Source: Chrysomallon squamiferum (lineage: Eukaryota; Animalia; Mollusca). From it: a stretch of DNA of 64,000 nt. The stretch's first letter is position 1, and each line of letters begins with the position of its first letter. Below the pieces are notes generated by a model. It had not been told where the DNA came from. It was given only the letters and a program-made list of their open reading frames with translations, and made no database searches. The position numbers and the translations under genes were made by a program. The stretch is from contig CM022670.1 of NCBI GenBank assembly GCA_012295275.1, positions 42,336,081-42,400,080 on the forward strand. Reading direction: 5' to 3'. Below, in pieces: positions 24,804-38,563 of the stretch.

Positions 24804-26257
24804 AATTGTTAGCAGTATGTTCAGTGAAATCATGTAAATAAATAAATAACATTTCAGTTGAGATAAAACACTTCATTATGCCAGTGAGGAATATACGTTT
24901 AAATCTGTCCACTAGTCTATCACTACACAGATCATGGAGATTGAAATTGTGTATAATTTTTTTTATTGTTATTAAGAACAAATGGAGACTTCTAAAAGAA
25001 AGGTGTATGATTTTTGGTTCTAGCTGAGGAAAGCACTTGTAGTATTATGTGTTAATTTGTAAATATCACTTTGATAATAAAAACATTAACAGTCTTTGTG
25101 TTTTTTACATGATTTTTAACCGTTGACAAACTCTTGTTCATTGTGTAAAATGGGCTTGAACAGATATTGTGCCTTTTACAAATTATTTATTAGAAATACT
25201 GGTAAATGATAGTTCTTATACAATGTTACAAATTTATCTGTTTGAAATTTGGAGTCATATGATTTAATGATCTATTTATTGTAAATAATTTCATGTAACC
25301 CATTTTTCAGGTTACAAACCCCAAAAAAAGAAATATTTAAGTATCTGACAGGTTTACAAATGATGTGGTTCCAGTGACAGATTTCACAACATAGATCGGT
25401 TGTAAATAAACAGGTAACTGCATATTGAAATAAATGTTATGTCACAAAATACAGCATTGACTGCAAAACTAATGCTCCCTCTAATTTTTCCAAACCTCTG
25501 AATGGAACTGATGATGATTTGAGAACAAATATATGTACAGTGATCAAAATAATCTTATTTTATAAATTAAAATGAGATGTAACATTTTGATGTGTGCTGC
25601 TTAGAGGGAACACTGCTGTAAAGCAAAATGACAAAAATTAACGCTGGAGAAATGTAAATTTACATGAAAGGAAATGTTTTATTTTAGCGTTAAGAACACT
25701 TAGATGATAAGAGGGATCAAGGTATATTTTGTATGTGCACAATCCCAGACACATAGGACTATGTGTACAACCTGCACAGAACTGGCTGTAATGGGGTGAA
25801 CTCAGTATATCAACCAAATTATTCAATCCAGTGGCCTTGAGTGTATATTCTACCTGTCAGGTATGTCCAACTTAAAAATTGGTGTACATGTTTACTGTTT
25901 ATTATGTTATGAATATAATGCATCAAAAACTTACTAAATACTGGTAGGAAAACACATGGAAATGCAACAAACATTCATTACTCTATTCAACAATGAAGAT
26001 TGACAAAAAAAGATGACTGAATATTTATTGATACACTCATCTGAACATATGAAAACTTTCTTAGATCATTAATCACAGATTGTGAATTGCATTATTTATT
26101 TTTTTATGGGCAAAAATTTGTAAATGATAAAAATAACAACGGTATCCATTCCACATGTACACAGTATGAAGTAACTGACAGTGAACAACTGTTTACTGAC
26201 ATTTTGGTGTTGATTTATCCAATTATTACAAAGTTTTCACATCACTGATGACTTATT

Positions 26258-26515
26258 TTAATCTTCAGGCCGTTTGGGTGGAGGGCCACATGGCTGCAAC
26301 ATGCGTTCCATTATATTGAATTTCACTCTTGCTCTTGCCTCATTTTCTGCTAGAGCAAAATAATTGAGTGTATCAAAATGTCCAAGGTATGAGGCATAAC
26401 TGTCTCGGTGTTGGTTTGTCAGCCACTCCCACTTATTGGTGTCTGCATGACCAGTTCCTATGTACTTTGACTGAAGATGTTCTAACTGACTATGAATATT
26501 GTACCTGTCACCCAT
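26258..26515 (-). CDS. SF3B5: Splicing factor 3B subunit 5 (SF3b10), 85 aa
   Basis: MGDRYNIHSQLEHLQSKYIGTGHADT...QHRDSYASY...MLQPCGPPP is the hallmark sequence. True ATG at 26515; 5'UTR intron ~26532-26948. Confidence 0.98.
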   Translation of the reverse strand: MGDRYNIHSQLEHLQSKYIGTGHADTNKWEWLTNQHRDSYASYLGHFDTLNYFALAENEARARVKFNIMERMLQPCGPPPKRPED

Positions 26516-26948
26516 CACGAAGTGTATTCACCTGTAAATACAAAGTTAGTAACCTGTAGTGTACAATTATATATGTCACACATTAGTAAACTGTAATATA
26601 CAAATATACGTTACCTTTGAGAACTGGAATACACAAATACATATGTCACACACCTGAAAACTGAACTACACAAATATACGTCACATTTGTGAACTGGAAT
26701 ACACAAATATACATGCCACAATTTAGTAAACTAATACATAACTTTTTCTAATTTCTGTATTCTAAATGTGTATTTTATGAGATTACCACCAGCAAGTATA
26801 TAAGTGGAATTCAATTAAATAAACGTTTTTCTTTCAAATCTTTACATTAATGTCTATAAGATTACGTGATCACATTACCAAAATTTTCAAAAATACTTAT
26901 TTGACTTTACTAACCACGTCTTGAAGATTACTGTAAAAATACAATTAC

Positions 26949-27319
26949 CTCCCGCTCAAACAGCATCAGAATGCAACCTTCGTTCAGAGTTTAATACAAA
27001 GATTAAGCTTTCGAAAAACTGGAGACGGCGTGATTCCTGTTGCAACCAGTTTTTCTACTGCTGATGCGCTGTTAGTTATCTAACAAAACAAGCCACTTGC
27101 AAACAGTGTAAATATCATAGCGGCGGGATTCGTAAAAACGCTTACTTTTAAACTCAAGTAAATTGACAAATTATATTTTTTTGGGTTGTTGTTTTAATAG
27201 ACGAAAACATTTGAACGACTTTTTATATTTATATAATTCAGCTTGAGGCCGAAACATTGCTGCTTGATACGGGTACACTGCTATTATATTACTTTAGCAG
27301 AAGTAGTACGTTAATTTGG
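26949..27319. promoter_or_regulatory. Bidirectional promoter shared by SF3B5 (-) and RCC1 (+)
   Basis: CpG-richer stretch bracketed by outward-facing donors (minus-strand GTAA at 26948; plus-strand GTAAGT at 27320); E2F-like GCGGCGGGAT at ~27120. Confidence 0.55.
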
Positions 27320-27808
27320 GTAAGTAAATTTAAATTAATAATTAATTTACTCAGTAATTCAAATATTCGTAATGATTATTATGTTTTCATGATAACTGTA
27401 ATGTATTAATTATTACAGATAGTATCACTATCAGTATTAAAAGTATTTATTACAATAATTATATTAATAATTAACGCTGAAACTTCCTTTTTACAACTTG
27501 CAGCTTATATTTATAAAGAAATAATGTAAAATTATAACTTACAATCACTGCGTTGATATTATAAAGTATATAATGAACTATATATATTAAAAAACAAAAT
27601 AAATTTAAAGAAAATCCAATAATGTCCTGCCACTTTTTAATACTTAGTGTTATATCACTATCAATGTATGATTGTATCACAATTACTAGAATTTCAATTT
27701 CCACCCACGAGTTTTTAATGTTATCTGAACCAGGAAATGGCTTCTATGCATGCAAACTAAAAATAAAAATATCCATATTAACTGCATACAGCAGAAATAA
27801 CTTCAACT

Positions 27809-27811
<3 letters not shown>

Positions 27812-27880
<69 letters not shown>
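27812..27880. repeat. (TA)n microsatellite
   Basis: Direct observation. Confidence 0.95.
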
Positions 27881-27881
<1 letters not shown>

Positions 27882-28353
27882 GTCTAGTTATTATATATTT
27901 TATAATAAAAATGTAGTGATCATTATTTATAATTTTATATAAGTTATTTCTGCTGTATACAATTAATTGTGTGTTTTGTAGAATGTTCAAATTATAATAA
28001 AATATTTTAACAAGTTCAGAGAGACTGTAAAAAGTAAGATAAATTAAAGAAATTGTTTAAAGTACAATACTGCAATAGTACCAATACAGTCTGAGTTATA
28101 GAAGTGATCAAAACATTCAGTTCTAAAATAAAAATGTTCTTTAAAAAATGATCAGCTGAAAACATTTTCATTTTTTCTAATTGATTTTTTTGATATTTAG
28201 AAGATAATGTCTACAGGGATATTCGTTTACTTTTTGTAACATTCTTTATCTGTGTTGGACACTAATAGGGAACAAAAAACATACATTTAATGACTTTTAT
28301 ACAGAAAACTCATTCATTTTGTATAAATTAATGAAATAATATGTAAGTATTTA

Positions 28354-29157
28354 GGGTAAGGTGGGGGTAATTCTGGCTCTCTTTTCCATTCAAACTCACC
28401 CACAGTTTCACAGATAAATGGAAACAACAAAATGGAGTGAATAATGTGTAGTGTATCTATTTCTGCTTCAGAATACACAAAAACAATATGCTAGTGCTTA
28501 TACTTTTGAAAATTGTTGTCAGGGACCAGATTTGCCCCAGTGATTTGGGGTAGATCTGACCCCCACATTCATGATGTATTCAGGTCCTCAAATTTGTTGT
28601 ACTGATTATTGCTATGTAATCATTGTTTACTACTAACAATAATTAGTCCTAATCATAATACAAGTCAGATTCAAAACTTCAATAAACTAAACTCCTTGAC
28701 AAATATGACACAAGAATACAATATCTTTCAAATCTGCCCCAGCTCGGATTTCACAAGGATCAAGACAATACCAATTTGGGCACCTGCCACATCCTTTGAA
28801 ATTGTCAGAATTCATGCCATCATCAATTTTGCAACTGCGTTCATATTTGTCTTGTGTATCTACTACATCTCTCTCTTCTAGTTCAGGCTTGTCACCATCA
28901 ACATAACTTATCACTAACCTTATGTCTATAGGACTAAAAAAAATAACACTCACTTTTGAAACTTCAGAATGCACTTTTTTTTACAAACTTGTTGTTTTCA
29001 TTACTTTCATGGCCACTATACTTCACATGTAAATGGCTGATTACCTACATCCTTTGTTCTAATGAGAAATAGGAAAGTTCTGTTTATATCAACAAAGTTC
29101 CAGAAATCTAGACAGCAGTATAGTACCTCAGGGGGCCAGAATTACCCCACCTTACCC
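28354..29157 (-). mobile_element. Internally deleted Tc1/mariner-pogo-like element with PHD-finger remnant
   Basis: TIRs GGGTAAGGTGGGGGTAATTCTGGC / GCCAGAATTACCCCACCTTACCC flanked by TA on both sides; internal minus ORF 28687-28974 has GCGRCPNWYCLDPC...FLCHIC. Confidence 0.8.
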
Positions 29158-29998
29158 TATTTATATATATTTATAATCCATTTTTTAATTGTATTTATAA
29201 ATATGTGAAGTAACTGGGACATTAGTACATTGTTTAAAGCTCAAAAAAATAAATAATTTATTATTTATAATAGCAAGTGATCTAAGTACAAATTTTGTGT
29301 GAGTACATTTTTTTTTCTGCAGATTGAGTATAAGTGGTTTGTGTGTAAGAGTATAAGAAGTAGAGTAGATTTAATAAATTATCTCTTTAGAAAGAATCTC
29401 TCTTACATCATGATTTGTGCATGGTCAGTGAAATGATAGATCTCTTTCTGTTTATAGAGATGACTGACAGTGTCATACTTAACAAACGATAAAAACTATT
29501 TTCATGAATTCAAATTCATACAGAATTAATGTAAATTTTTATTTTATTTTATTATGCCTGAATTCAGATGGACAGTCAGTCATTATTCTAAATATATTGA
29601 TATTCATCTATCATTCTTTGTTTAAATAATAAGTTTTATTTCTTTATAAATTCAGAAAATCAGATTATAGTTGCTTTAACAATAGCCTTAATTTTTATAA
29701 TTTATTTCAGTTTTCTTTTCATACAACAGCAGAAATACAAGAACATGTACAACAGACTGAACAATTATCCTGCAAATCATTTATAAAAATATTAATTTTG
29801 TTACTACATTATTACTGTTATTACCTTTGTATAAATTATTATTGTTATAAACCAAAAACTTGCTTATTGTTATTGTTACTATTGTGTTGTTGTTTGTTTG
29901 TGCTAAGTATATATAAAATATCAAAATCATGTCATGTGTATGTACACAAGAAGTAGTTAATACTGATGTATACTGATATATACTGTTGTTTTTAGAGG

Positions 29999-32900
29999 AT
30001 GCCTAATCGAGGGAAAAAACGGAACAGTAACATTAGAGATAACATTTTAAACAAGACAAGTCCAAGCAAAAAACCAAAACTAGAAGGTTTGTTTATAATT
30101 GTTGCCTATTCTTAAAATTTCAATTAATCAATTAACAGCTGTTAATGAACATAGGTGATTTTTTTTCTTCTGTTTTTCATAGGTCAGTTTTTCATTGTTA
30201 TAGCAGAGGCTACACTTTTTCTCTCTCAGTTACCTTGTGTTTAAAAACTAAATATCTGAGTGAGTGTTACAGAGAGGTTGCAGGTATCTTTGTTGCAGTG
30301 TTGAAAATGTCTGTCACATAAACAATAAACATTCTCTCCTGTAATCCTTTCCTCATCACTTTGTAACATTAAGATATCACCAACCTGAAAAATGTAATTG
30401 TAGCATGTGTCATGGTGACTAGTCTGACTGGTATTAATACCTTAAAGTTGGCTCAACCCATAAAGGGGTAGCAGATTATAATAGCATCACACGACCAGGT
30501 GTTAATGCCTGAGACCAAATTACCAAATGATTATTCTGTATCCACTAGAGAATAATAACCCAAACGAAAATTGAATATGGGTTATTGTTTTATGTATCAC
30601 ATAAAGTAACCATCAGTGGTAACAAATATAATTTAATTGCAAGATTCTCATGGTATTATTCAAATGCAAATGACATTGCTATATACTGTTCTGATTAAGC
30701 CTAGTTGGTTACATTAACTTTCTAACTTAGCATTTAGTTATTAAAGTAAGTTATCTTAGTTTATTACTTAGTTTTCAAGCTTAAGTAAGTACCATAGAAT
30801 AACACTAAAAAATATTCAACAGAAATATACTTGCCTGTCTTCTGTCAGTCAACATGTCTGTTACATAAAAACATTTTTAAACCAAAATTACCCTTTAATG
30901 AGTGATCCTTTGTTCTGAGTACATCTGAATCCCTCGGAAAATGTGACACAAGACTTCGCACTGATCAAAAGATCCTCATTAAAATGCTCCCGAAATATAA
31001 AAGGCTCGCACATTTAGCCTTTTAGAATTTTCTTAGCAATTTAAATAGCTTATTCTGAATTAGATAATCCGAGTATTTCTTTGTTTATAATACAGCTTCT
31101 AAAGCTGTATCCTAACTGGATGCGATATATGCAAGCAACACAACATTTCTTATCTCCTATCATTTTTGAAACTTTGATCCACCCTGAAGACAAGTTAAAC
31201 CTATTAGGGTATTTATTACAATGTTATATCATATTAAAGCAAAGCTACCTTCCCCCCACCCCAGGTAGGACTGGACCTTCCAAGAAGCTTATACAAGCAT
31301 GTTATTAATAAAACACACACATTACTTACTAGGTAAACCTAAAGGTTTTCCAGTATTCTTACAGTCATTTTGTTTTCTGTTGTTCTTTGTACGTTGACAA
31401 AGAACAATCATAAAGTACTGGTAACTTCTGAACAAGATGGATATTATTCATCTTTCATTTTTATATACTCTTGTTTGTGATGGGTTAATATATTTCAGAC
31501 GCTCGTGTAGTGTGACAAAAAATAGAAACAGTTCCTATTGGTATTGTGTTGCGTGCTCGACTAACTCAAACTTTTGCATCATATGTGTGTAGTCGGGATG
31601 CTGCAACTGACATCAGTGGTGTCTAAAAAAAAAATCACTTGCGTCATATGCCCAGTTATGACACACCTTAAACAGCCCATGTATATCTGCATACTTTCTG
31701 TTATTTAGTTATTATGTAGTTATCCTAATGTGTAGTTACATTAATTAGCTAAACATTGAAGAACCGTAAACATATGAATTTATAAACAAGATTATACACT
31801 ATAGCTTAACAAATACTACTGTAATATAATAATATTCTTAATATAAAATGTAGCAATCGTTCTGCTTTAAATGGGCATATAAAAATAAATGTTTTACAAA
31901 TTATGTAACTGACTAGCAAGAGTACAAAATTATGATTAAAAACAAGTCTGGCCAACTCTTGTACTAATGAGGTTCCATCACAGTGAGCATAAATTTTCGG
32001 TTGGAATAAACTTTCTTTTTTGATTAGTAATTCATCCATTGAAGGTATCTGTTTTATTCTGATATGCATCATATCACAACTATATGTTTTGGTATGCTGT
32101 GTTTAGTTAATGACAGTGTACAAATATGATACAATTTGTATTAATCAGAATGTGATACTGCATACTTGATAATTGTTTTTAGATTTTCTGTTTTGAAAAT
32201 AACTTTAAGAAATGTAGATTGTTGGACTTGCTTCCTGTTTCAAGATGACTGAAGTATATAACTATTATAATCCTAATAAATGTTCCATTTTTGAAACTGC
32301 ATATTTTCTGATATTTGTTTTTATCTTTAATTTTGTTTAAACCAGTACATCATCACTCTCATGGCAAGAAAGCTGGGGTTGTGCTCACCGTGGGGCAGGG
32401 TGAGATGGGTCAGCTGGGACTGGGTGAAGATATCATGGAGAGAGGTCGACCTGCCTTTGTGAAGATTCCAGAGCCTGTGATCCAGGTGTGTGCTGGAGGA
32501 ATGCACACTGTTGCTGTTACCACTGGTGGTCACGTACGTCTACTTATTTACAACTGTTTTAACTACTTCAGCCAATTATCACATTTATAGCATAGTACTA
32601 CCAAAATTTTCAGAAGTAAGTTACATATTAAAAGGAATAGGTGAAAGTATCTTGTATATGTGATTTTATTTTCCTTGGCTTTATAGAAAACCAAGAAAAA
32701 TACTATTGTATACCCCTTAAATCTGGAAAAGTCCATTCGTATGAGTCGCCATAACAGTGTTAATTGTGTTTAATTGTTTCTACAGTATGACTGTATATAT
32801 GAATGAGTGTGTTTGTCATTTTCTTTATATTCTACAAATAAAGGTTGTTTTACTGTGAGCTAACAGTACTGTTTATGGATATTTGCAAAGCTTGTGTTTT

Positions 32901-35900
32901 GGGGATTAGCTTTGCATTCACAACAAGACAGTAATTCCTTATTTTAGCTCCTTGGCAAGTCTACAGCTATTATTTAGATCAAAGCAGAACTGCCACTGGC
33001 AGGGGGGTTGAAATAAGTGAAACAAGAAATAGCTATACATGTATCAGTGTATCAGTGAAAAATGTTAACATCAAGAATTGGATTTTCTTAAAGAAACATG
33101 TTATCATTGGAAAGGGAAGTTACCATAATTAAATGAATTAAATATTGAGTAACTTGAGTCAGAAATGAATTTGGTCCAAAAATTCCATAGGCATAAAGAA
33201 ATGAGTTAATTTAAAAAAAAAAATATATATATAAAATATATATATATATAAAATACAAAAGTCTTTTTTTTTTAATTAAGTTTTTGATTGCAGTGTGGTA
33301 TCAGATTTTAGAATTTTTTTTTTTTTAGGTTGATATAGGTTTTCCATATTTTATAGGTTTATACATTTGGCTGTAATGATGAAGGTGCACTGGGACGTGA
33401 TACAAGTGAAGAAGGTTCAGAAACACTTCCAGGCAGAGTCGACTTGCCAGTGAAAATAATCCAAGTGAGTGCAGGGGACAGCCACACTGCAGCCTTGACA
33501 GACGATGGAAAAGTCTACGCCTGGGGTACTTTTAGGGTTAGTAAATTGTTTTAGTTACAAATTAACAGAATAACTATCATTTTTAACAAACAGTATATAT
33601 GTGTGTTAATGAATACATTTTAATTGCAGGATGCCAGTGGATCTATGGGATTAAATAAAAATGGAATAAAGAAGTTGCCAGTTTTGTTGCTCTCTGATGT
33701 GATTGTTGTTAAGATTATGTCTGGCAGTGATCACATGTTATGTCTGACGAACACTGGTGAACTCTACAGTCTTGGTTTGTATTCACTTGAATTACAAAAT
33801 TCATAATCAATAAACTATGAGCAGAAAAACAACATCAGTGTCCAGTTCTTTATAATGAATGAACACCAACCACTAATATTTTGTATTACAATATTTACTT
33901 TGGGATTACAAAGCTGCAGTGAACCTTTGAATAGTTAGGCTCTGACTGAAAAAAAGTGGCTGCAGTACTAATTCCTGAGATCTGCAAATTTTACTATGAT
34001 TCAAATACACAATGAATACAAGTTGATCAAAATGTAGTAAAGTCCACACTGTCAGTCAGAATTTCTCACAGTTTATTGAACTTTTAAAATAAATTCAAAA
34101 TCCAATTTGATATTCTGTTAATATATTTATTTGAAATAATTTTAATTACAGATTAGAAATATTTTGATCAACTGTAGACCAACTCATTTGTATGATTGTA
34201 AACTTTGTAACTATTATCAACTTAACAGATGAATACAGATGTAAATGTATTCAGCATTAATAAAGTAGCCACAGTGATGGTTGTAACTTTCTTTTGTGAT
34301 CCGTAATCAAGACATATTTGATGTTTTCAGCAATTTGACTGCATCACATATAGCTAACTGTTAGTTTGACTGTTTTTACTTGCAGGCTGTGCTGAACAGG
34401 GTCAGTTAGGAAGAATAGCAAAGTGTTTCTCAACCAGAGGAGGTAGAAAGGGACTTGGTGAGTATCTCACGTCAGTCTTGATATATGTATCTCATATCTA
34501 CATCAGTGTTAACACATTTATCTCACATCTACATCAGCATTGACACCTTTATCTCACATCTACATCAGCATTGACACCTTTAGCTCACATCTACTTCAGC
34601 ATTGACACATTTATCTCACATCTACATCAGTGTTAACACATTTATCTTACATCTGCATCAGCATTGACACATTTGTCTCACATCTACATCAGTGTTAACA
34701 CATTTATCTCACATCTACATCAGTGTTAAAGCATTTATCTCACATCTACATCAGTATTAACGCATTTATCTCACATCTACATCAGTGTTAACACATTTAT
34801 CTCGCATCTACATCAGCAGTGACACATTTTTCTCTCAGGCAGACACACACACACACCAACAAAAATTAAGAAAAGACATTCTTTTGATACGAAATTCTTA
34901 TGGTATTACATCTATATTTAAAGAATTTTAATTAAATTGTTGTCATATTGCATGCAGTAAAAAGAAATAATGAAGAACCCTAACAGTATATTTTACAAGT
35001 ACAAATGTGAAGTTGAAAGATGCAGTATTGAGAAGTGAGATGCTTGTATTTCCTGGTTTTTCTTTTTCGCAAATATTAATCAGTCTAAGTTGGCTATCAG
35101 CAATGTTAGCTGTATTTGTAAAAAAATTACATTAGCATTTAAAATCATTTCAGATTTTATTCTCAGTCCGGGTCTGGTCAGATGTAGAAAACATAAGTCA
35201 AGGAAGATGGTTTGTTTTTCTGATGTCTGGACAGGACAGTATGCTTCATTTGCTCAGGAAAAAGAAACTGGAGAAATCTATGCATGGGGACTAAATAACT
35301 ATTTCCAGTTAGGTGAGTACCTCACTTGATTATTATCAGTTAGGTGAGTAATTCATTTGATTATTATTAGTTACATGAGGATCTCAATTGATTATTATAA
35401 GTTATATGAGTACCTTGTTTGATTATATCAGTTATGTGAATGCTTTGCTTGATATTTCCAGCTAGGTGAGTACCTCAGTTGATTATTAGCATTTAGCAGT
35501 GTACTTTGTTACCAGCCAGGTAAGAACTTGGTTGACTATTGCCAGCTAGAAGAGTACATCAGCTGAATGTTATCAGTTAGATGAGTACATCAATTGAATA
35601 TTACCAGTTAGATGAGTACACCATCTGAATGTGACCAGTTAGATGAGTACTTCAGCTGAATATTACCAGTTAGATGAGTACATCAGCTGAATATTGCCTG
35701 CTAGAAGAGTAATCAGCTGAATATTACCAGCTAGATGAGTACTTCAGCTGAATATTACCAGCTAGATGAGTACATTAGTTGATGATTAATGTTGCAGGAC
35801 TTGCTTAAATAATTAATTTCTAATGATTAAAAACAATCAGTATTTTCAAAATGTTCGTTTGGCAGGTTTTGGTGACATAGAAAACCGATTTCACCCAGAG

Positions 35901-38216
35901 AGAGTGGATGTTTTTAATTTGGGTCAAAGCTGGACACAGATTTCTGGAGGACAGCATCACACAGTGTTACTTAATAACAAAGGTATTTATAAATAACAGA
36001 TTGTTTAAATTACCTTTGTTTTTGCACTTATTTTTATTGATACAGCTTTGTTTTATAAATACAGTATATTATAATGCAGGTTTAGAACAAACATGTTTTG
36101 TAACAGGATTGTTCATTGTCAAATTGTGTTAACTCCTGTGCTTCATATTTTCATGAAACTTTGTATTTTGGACTTTTATAGTTTGGAAATTTTAACAGTG
36201 AAATATTTCTTGCACTGATCAGCAGTTTATTAAATGTTACAGAACCAGGTGTTTATAGTCTGTGACGGAAATGTCAGTTTATGAAATTATTTTGTATTCT
36301 ATCCAGACCTCAGCCAACACTTTCTGTAACAAAGTCATTCCTTTGTTAAACCTTATTACCACAGTGTTTGAAAATTAATATAAAGTTAGGGATAGATATA
36401 TATGACTAAGAACAGTTTAAATAGGGTTTTCAGAGAGTATTGTTCATCCAAATTGTTGATACCGTAATACATAGATGAAGAAGTTCATTGATTGACTTTA
36501 TTGAATGGTGTAGAGGTCAGTGAGGAAGAAAAAAAGAAATAAAATGTCTGAAAATGTGTGATATTCAAAATAATATTGGTATTATTGGATTCATAAAAAA
36601 AAGAAAAAATACTTTCAGTTTTCTTTTTTTAATACTAAGATTATTGTCAATTTATGCAGATCAGATAAACAATAATGTATCATATAGATTAGTAGATTTA
36701 AAACTGGTGCTTATTTGATGCTATAAAACTACAGTCTCATAGTATATTAGATAAACTGGCTTAAGTCAAATGCATATGCAGATATTTTTTGATTATATCT
36801 TGATTTTAATATTATTGTGTTCTGATGAAAAAAGCCAAACTCCCCCATACCTAAATACCTATATAGCCACATTTGATTTTAGATTAATTCAAGTCAAACT
36901 AAACTGCTTTGAAATATCTTTCCAAATATATTTGTCTATGTATGGAGGCAAATTTTAAATAAAAAATTAGGTGAAATGCAGATACATACATATTTAAAAA
37001 TTATAAATTATGGACTTAACAGTTTATGCTCAGATTGCTGCAGCACGGAGTATTAGTGTAAAACAAACAATAGAGGAGACTCCACACTCTTCAATAGGAT
37101 GTTTACCTTTCTCATACAAGACTGGGAACATTTGGTGGCCAGTAGAATCATTACTTCAGAAATGGTTGACATCTGTGTAACTTGTTCAGTATTTAGAATC
37201 TTGCTTGGTCTTGTTACTATTTTGCGTTTTCATTTCAAGGTGAAGTGTTTTGCCTCGGCCGAGCAGACTATGGCCGACTTGGCATTGGGAAGGAGGCAAA
37301 GGAGACTGACGTACCCACGTTAGTTAATGGCCTCCATCAACACGAGTGTGTCCAGATTGGAGCTGGGGGCTGTGTGTCTTATGCGATTGATTCGGAGGGT
37401 AAGTTTTGGTGTTGTGAGAAACATGTTGCACAGGGAAAAGGATTTACTTCTAAATTCAACACTGAAACAAACATCCACAGCAAATTTGTCTAAACTCTTT
37501 ACTGGAAATAAACAAAACGTATTTAGTTGTTCAAATCCACAAAGATGCATTTCAGATTTAATATATGTATATATACTTCTGTATTATCATATTTACTAAC
37601 ATACGGAAAATCTATTGTATCATAAATTTCAGGTCGTGTTTATTCCTGGGGGATGGGAACAAACAGGCAGCTTGGTACAGGAGAAGATGAGGACGATGTA
37701 TATGAACCAAAACTTATTGAAGGCAAACAGATATCAGACAGGTACACATTAAACACAGATATCTGACAGGTACACATTATTAAACAGATATCTGTCAGGT
37801 ACATATTATTAAACACAGATATCAGACAGGTACACAATATTAAACAGATATCTGTCAGGTACACATTATTAAACACATATCAGACAGGTACACATTATTA
37901 AACACAGATATCAGACAGATACATGCTATTAAAGAGACATCACATTAGTACTCACTAGTACACATAAAACATGTATATATTATTAAATACAGATATCACA
38001 GTTGAACAATAGTACATATTAAAGGTTGATATAAAATACATACACATTTAATACAGATATAATTTTTTTATTTATTAAACAAACATGTGTGAGTGTGTAT
38101 GTATGTGTGTATATATCTATATATATATATATATATATATATATAATCACACCTATATATACAAAACAGATATCACATTGGTACACATTAAATAAAATAA
38201 AATATCCACATATTAA

Positions 38217-38262
<46 letters not shown>

Positions 38263-38563
38263 CTCATACTTGTACATTGAATATAGATAACCTACGTATA
38301 GTGTTTTAATGATGTTTACAGGTAGTATAGATTTAGTGAGTGTTTAAAGATTATGTAGATTTGAGTTTATTTATTTACAAGTAGTGTAGATTTAATGAGC
38401 ATTTATAAGAGATATGGTAGATGAAATGAGTGTTTTTGTTTATGTAGAATTACACTTGTAACTGTGTTAGTGACAGTATTTTGTTTGTTTCAGGTGTGCT
38501 GTGATGGTTGATGCAGGCGGTCAACACATGGTCTTACTGGCACACAACAAGAATGGACACTGA
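29999..38563 (+). CDS. RCC1: Regulator of chromosome condensation 1 (RanGEF)
   Basis: In-frame exons 29999-30086, 32346-32533, 33357-33536, 33630-33774, 34386-34457, 35154-35312, 35866-35982, 37240-37398, 37633-37741, 38494-38563. Basic NLS tail and motifs [60 protein letters not shown]. Confidence 0.96.
30408..31982. mobile_element. Unclassified dispersed repeat, copy A (in RCC1 intron)
   Basis: Collinear with 52215-54167 (e.g. AAAGGGGTAGCAGATTATAATAGCATCAC vs AAAGGGTAGCAGACTATAATAGCGTCAC; GATCAAAAGATC; AAAAACAAG...CTAATGA). Termini resemble TGTCATGG...CCATCACA. Confidence 0.7.
32868..33027 (+). ncRNA. Candidate intronic structured RNA (H/ACA-like two-hairpin layout)
   Basis: Hairpin TGCAAAGCT/AGCTTTGCA, ANANNA hinge, second hairpin CTTATTTTAGCTCCTT/AGGGGGGTTGAAATAAG with G-U pairs, ACA at 33022-33024. 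Confidence 0.3.
34465..34835. repeat. Intronic minisatellite, ~31-bp unit (ACATTTATCTCACATCTACATCAGTGTTAAC)
   Basis: About 11 copies starting directly behind the RCC1 donor at 34458. Confidence 0.92.
35298..35785 (+). repeat. Minisatellite, ~31-bp unit derived from an RCC1 exon end and donor (CAGTTAG|GTGAGTAC)
   Basis: First copy overlaps the exon end at 35312; later copies read CAGTTAGATGAGTAC. Confidence 0.9.
37725..38000 (+). repeat. Minisatellite, ~29-31-bp unit derived from an RCC1 exon end and donor (AAACAGATATCAGACAG|GTACAC)
   Basis: First copy encodes KQISDR; several further copies retain CAG|GTAC. Confidence 0.9.
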
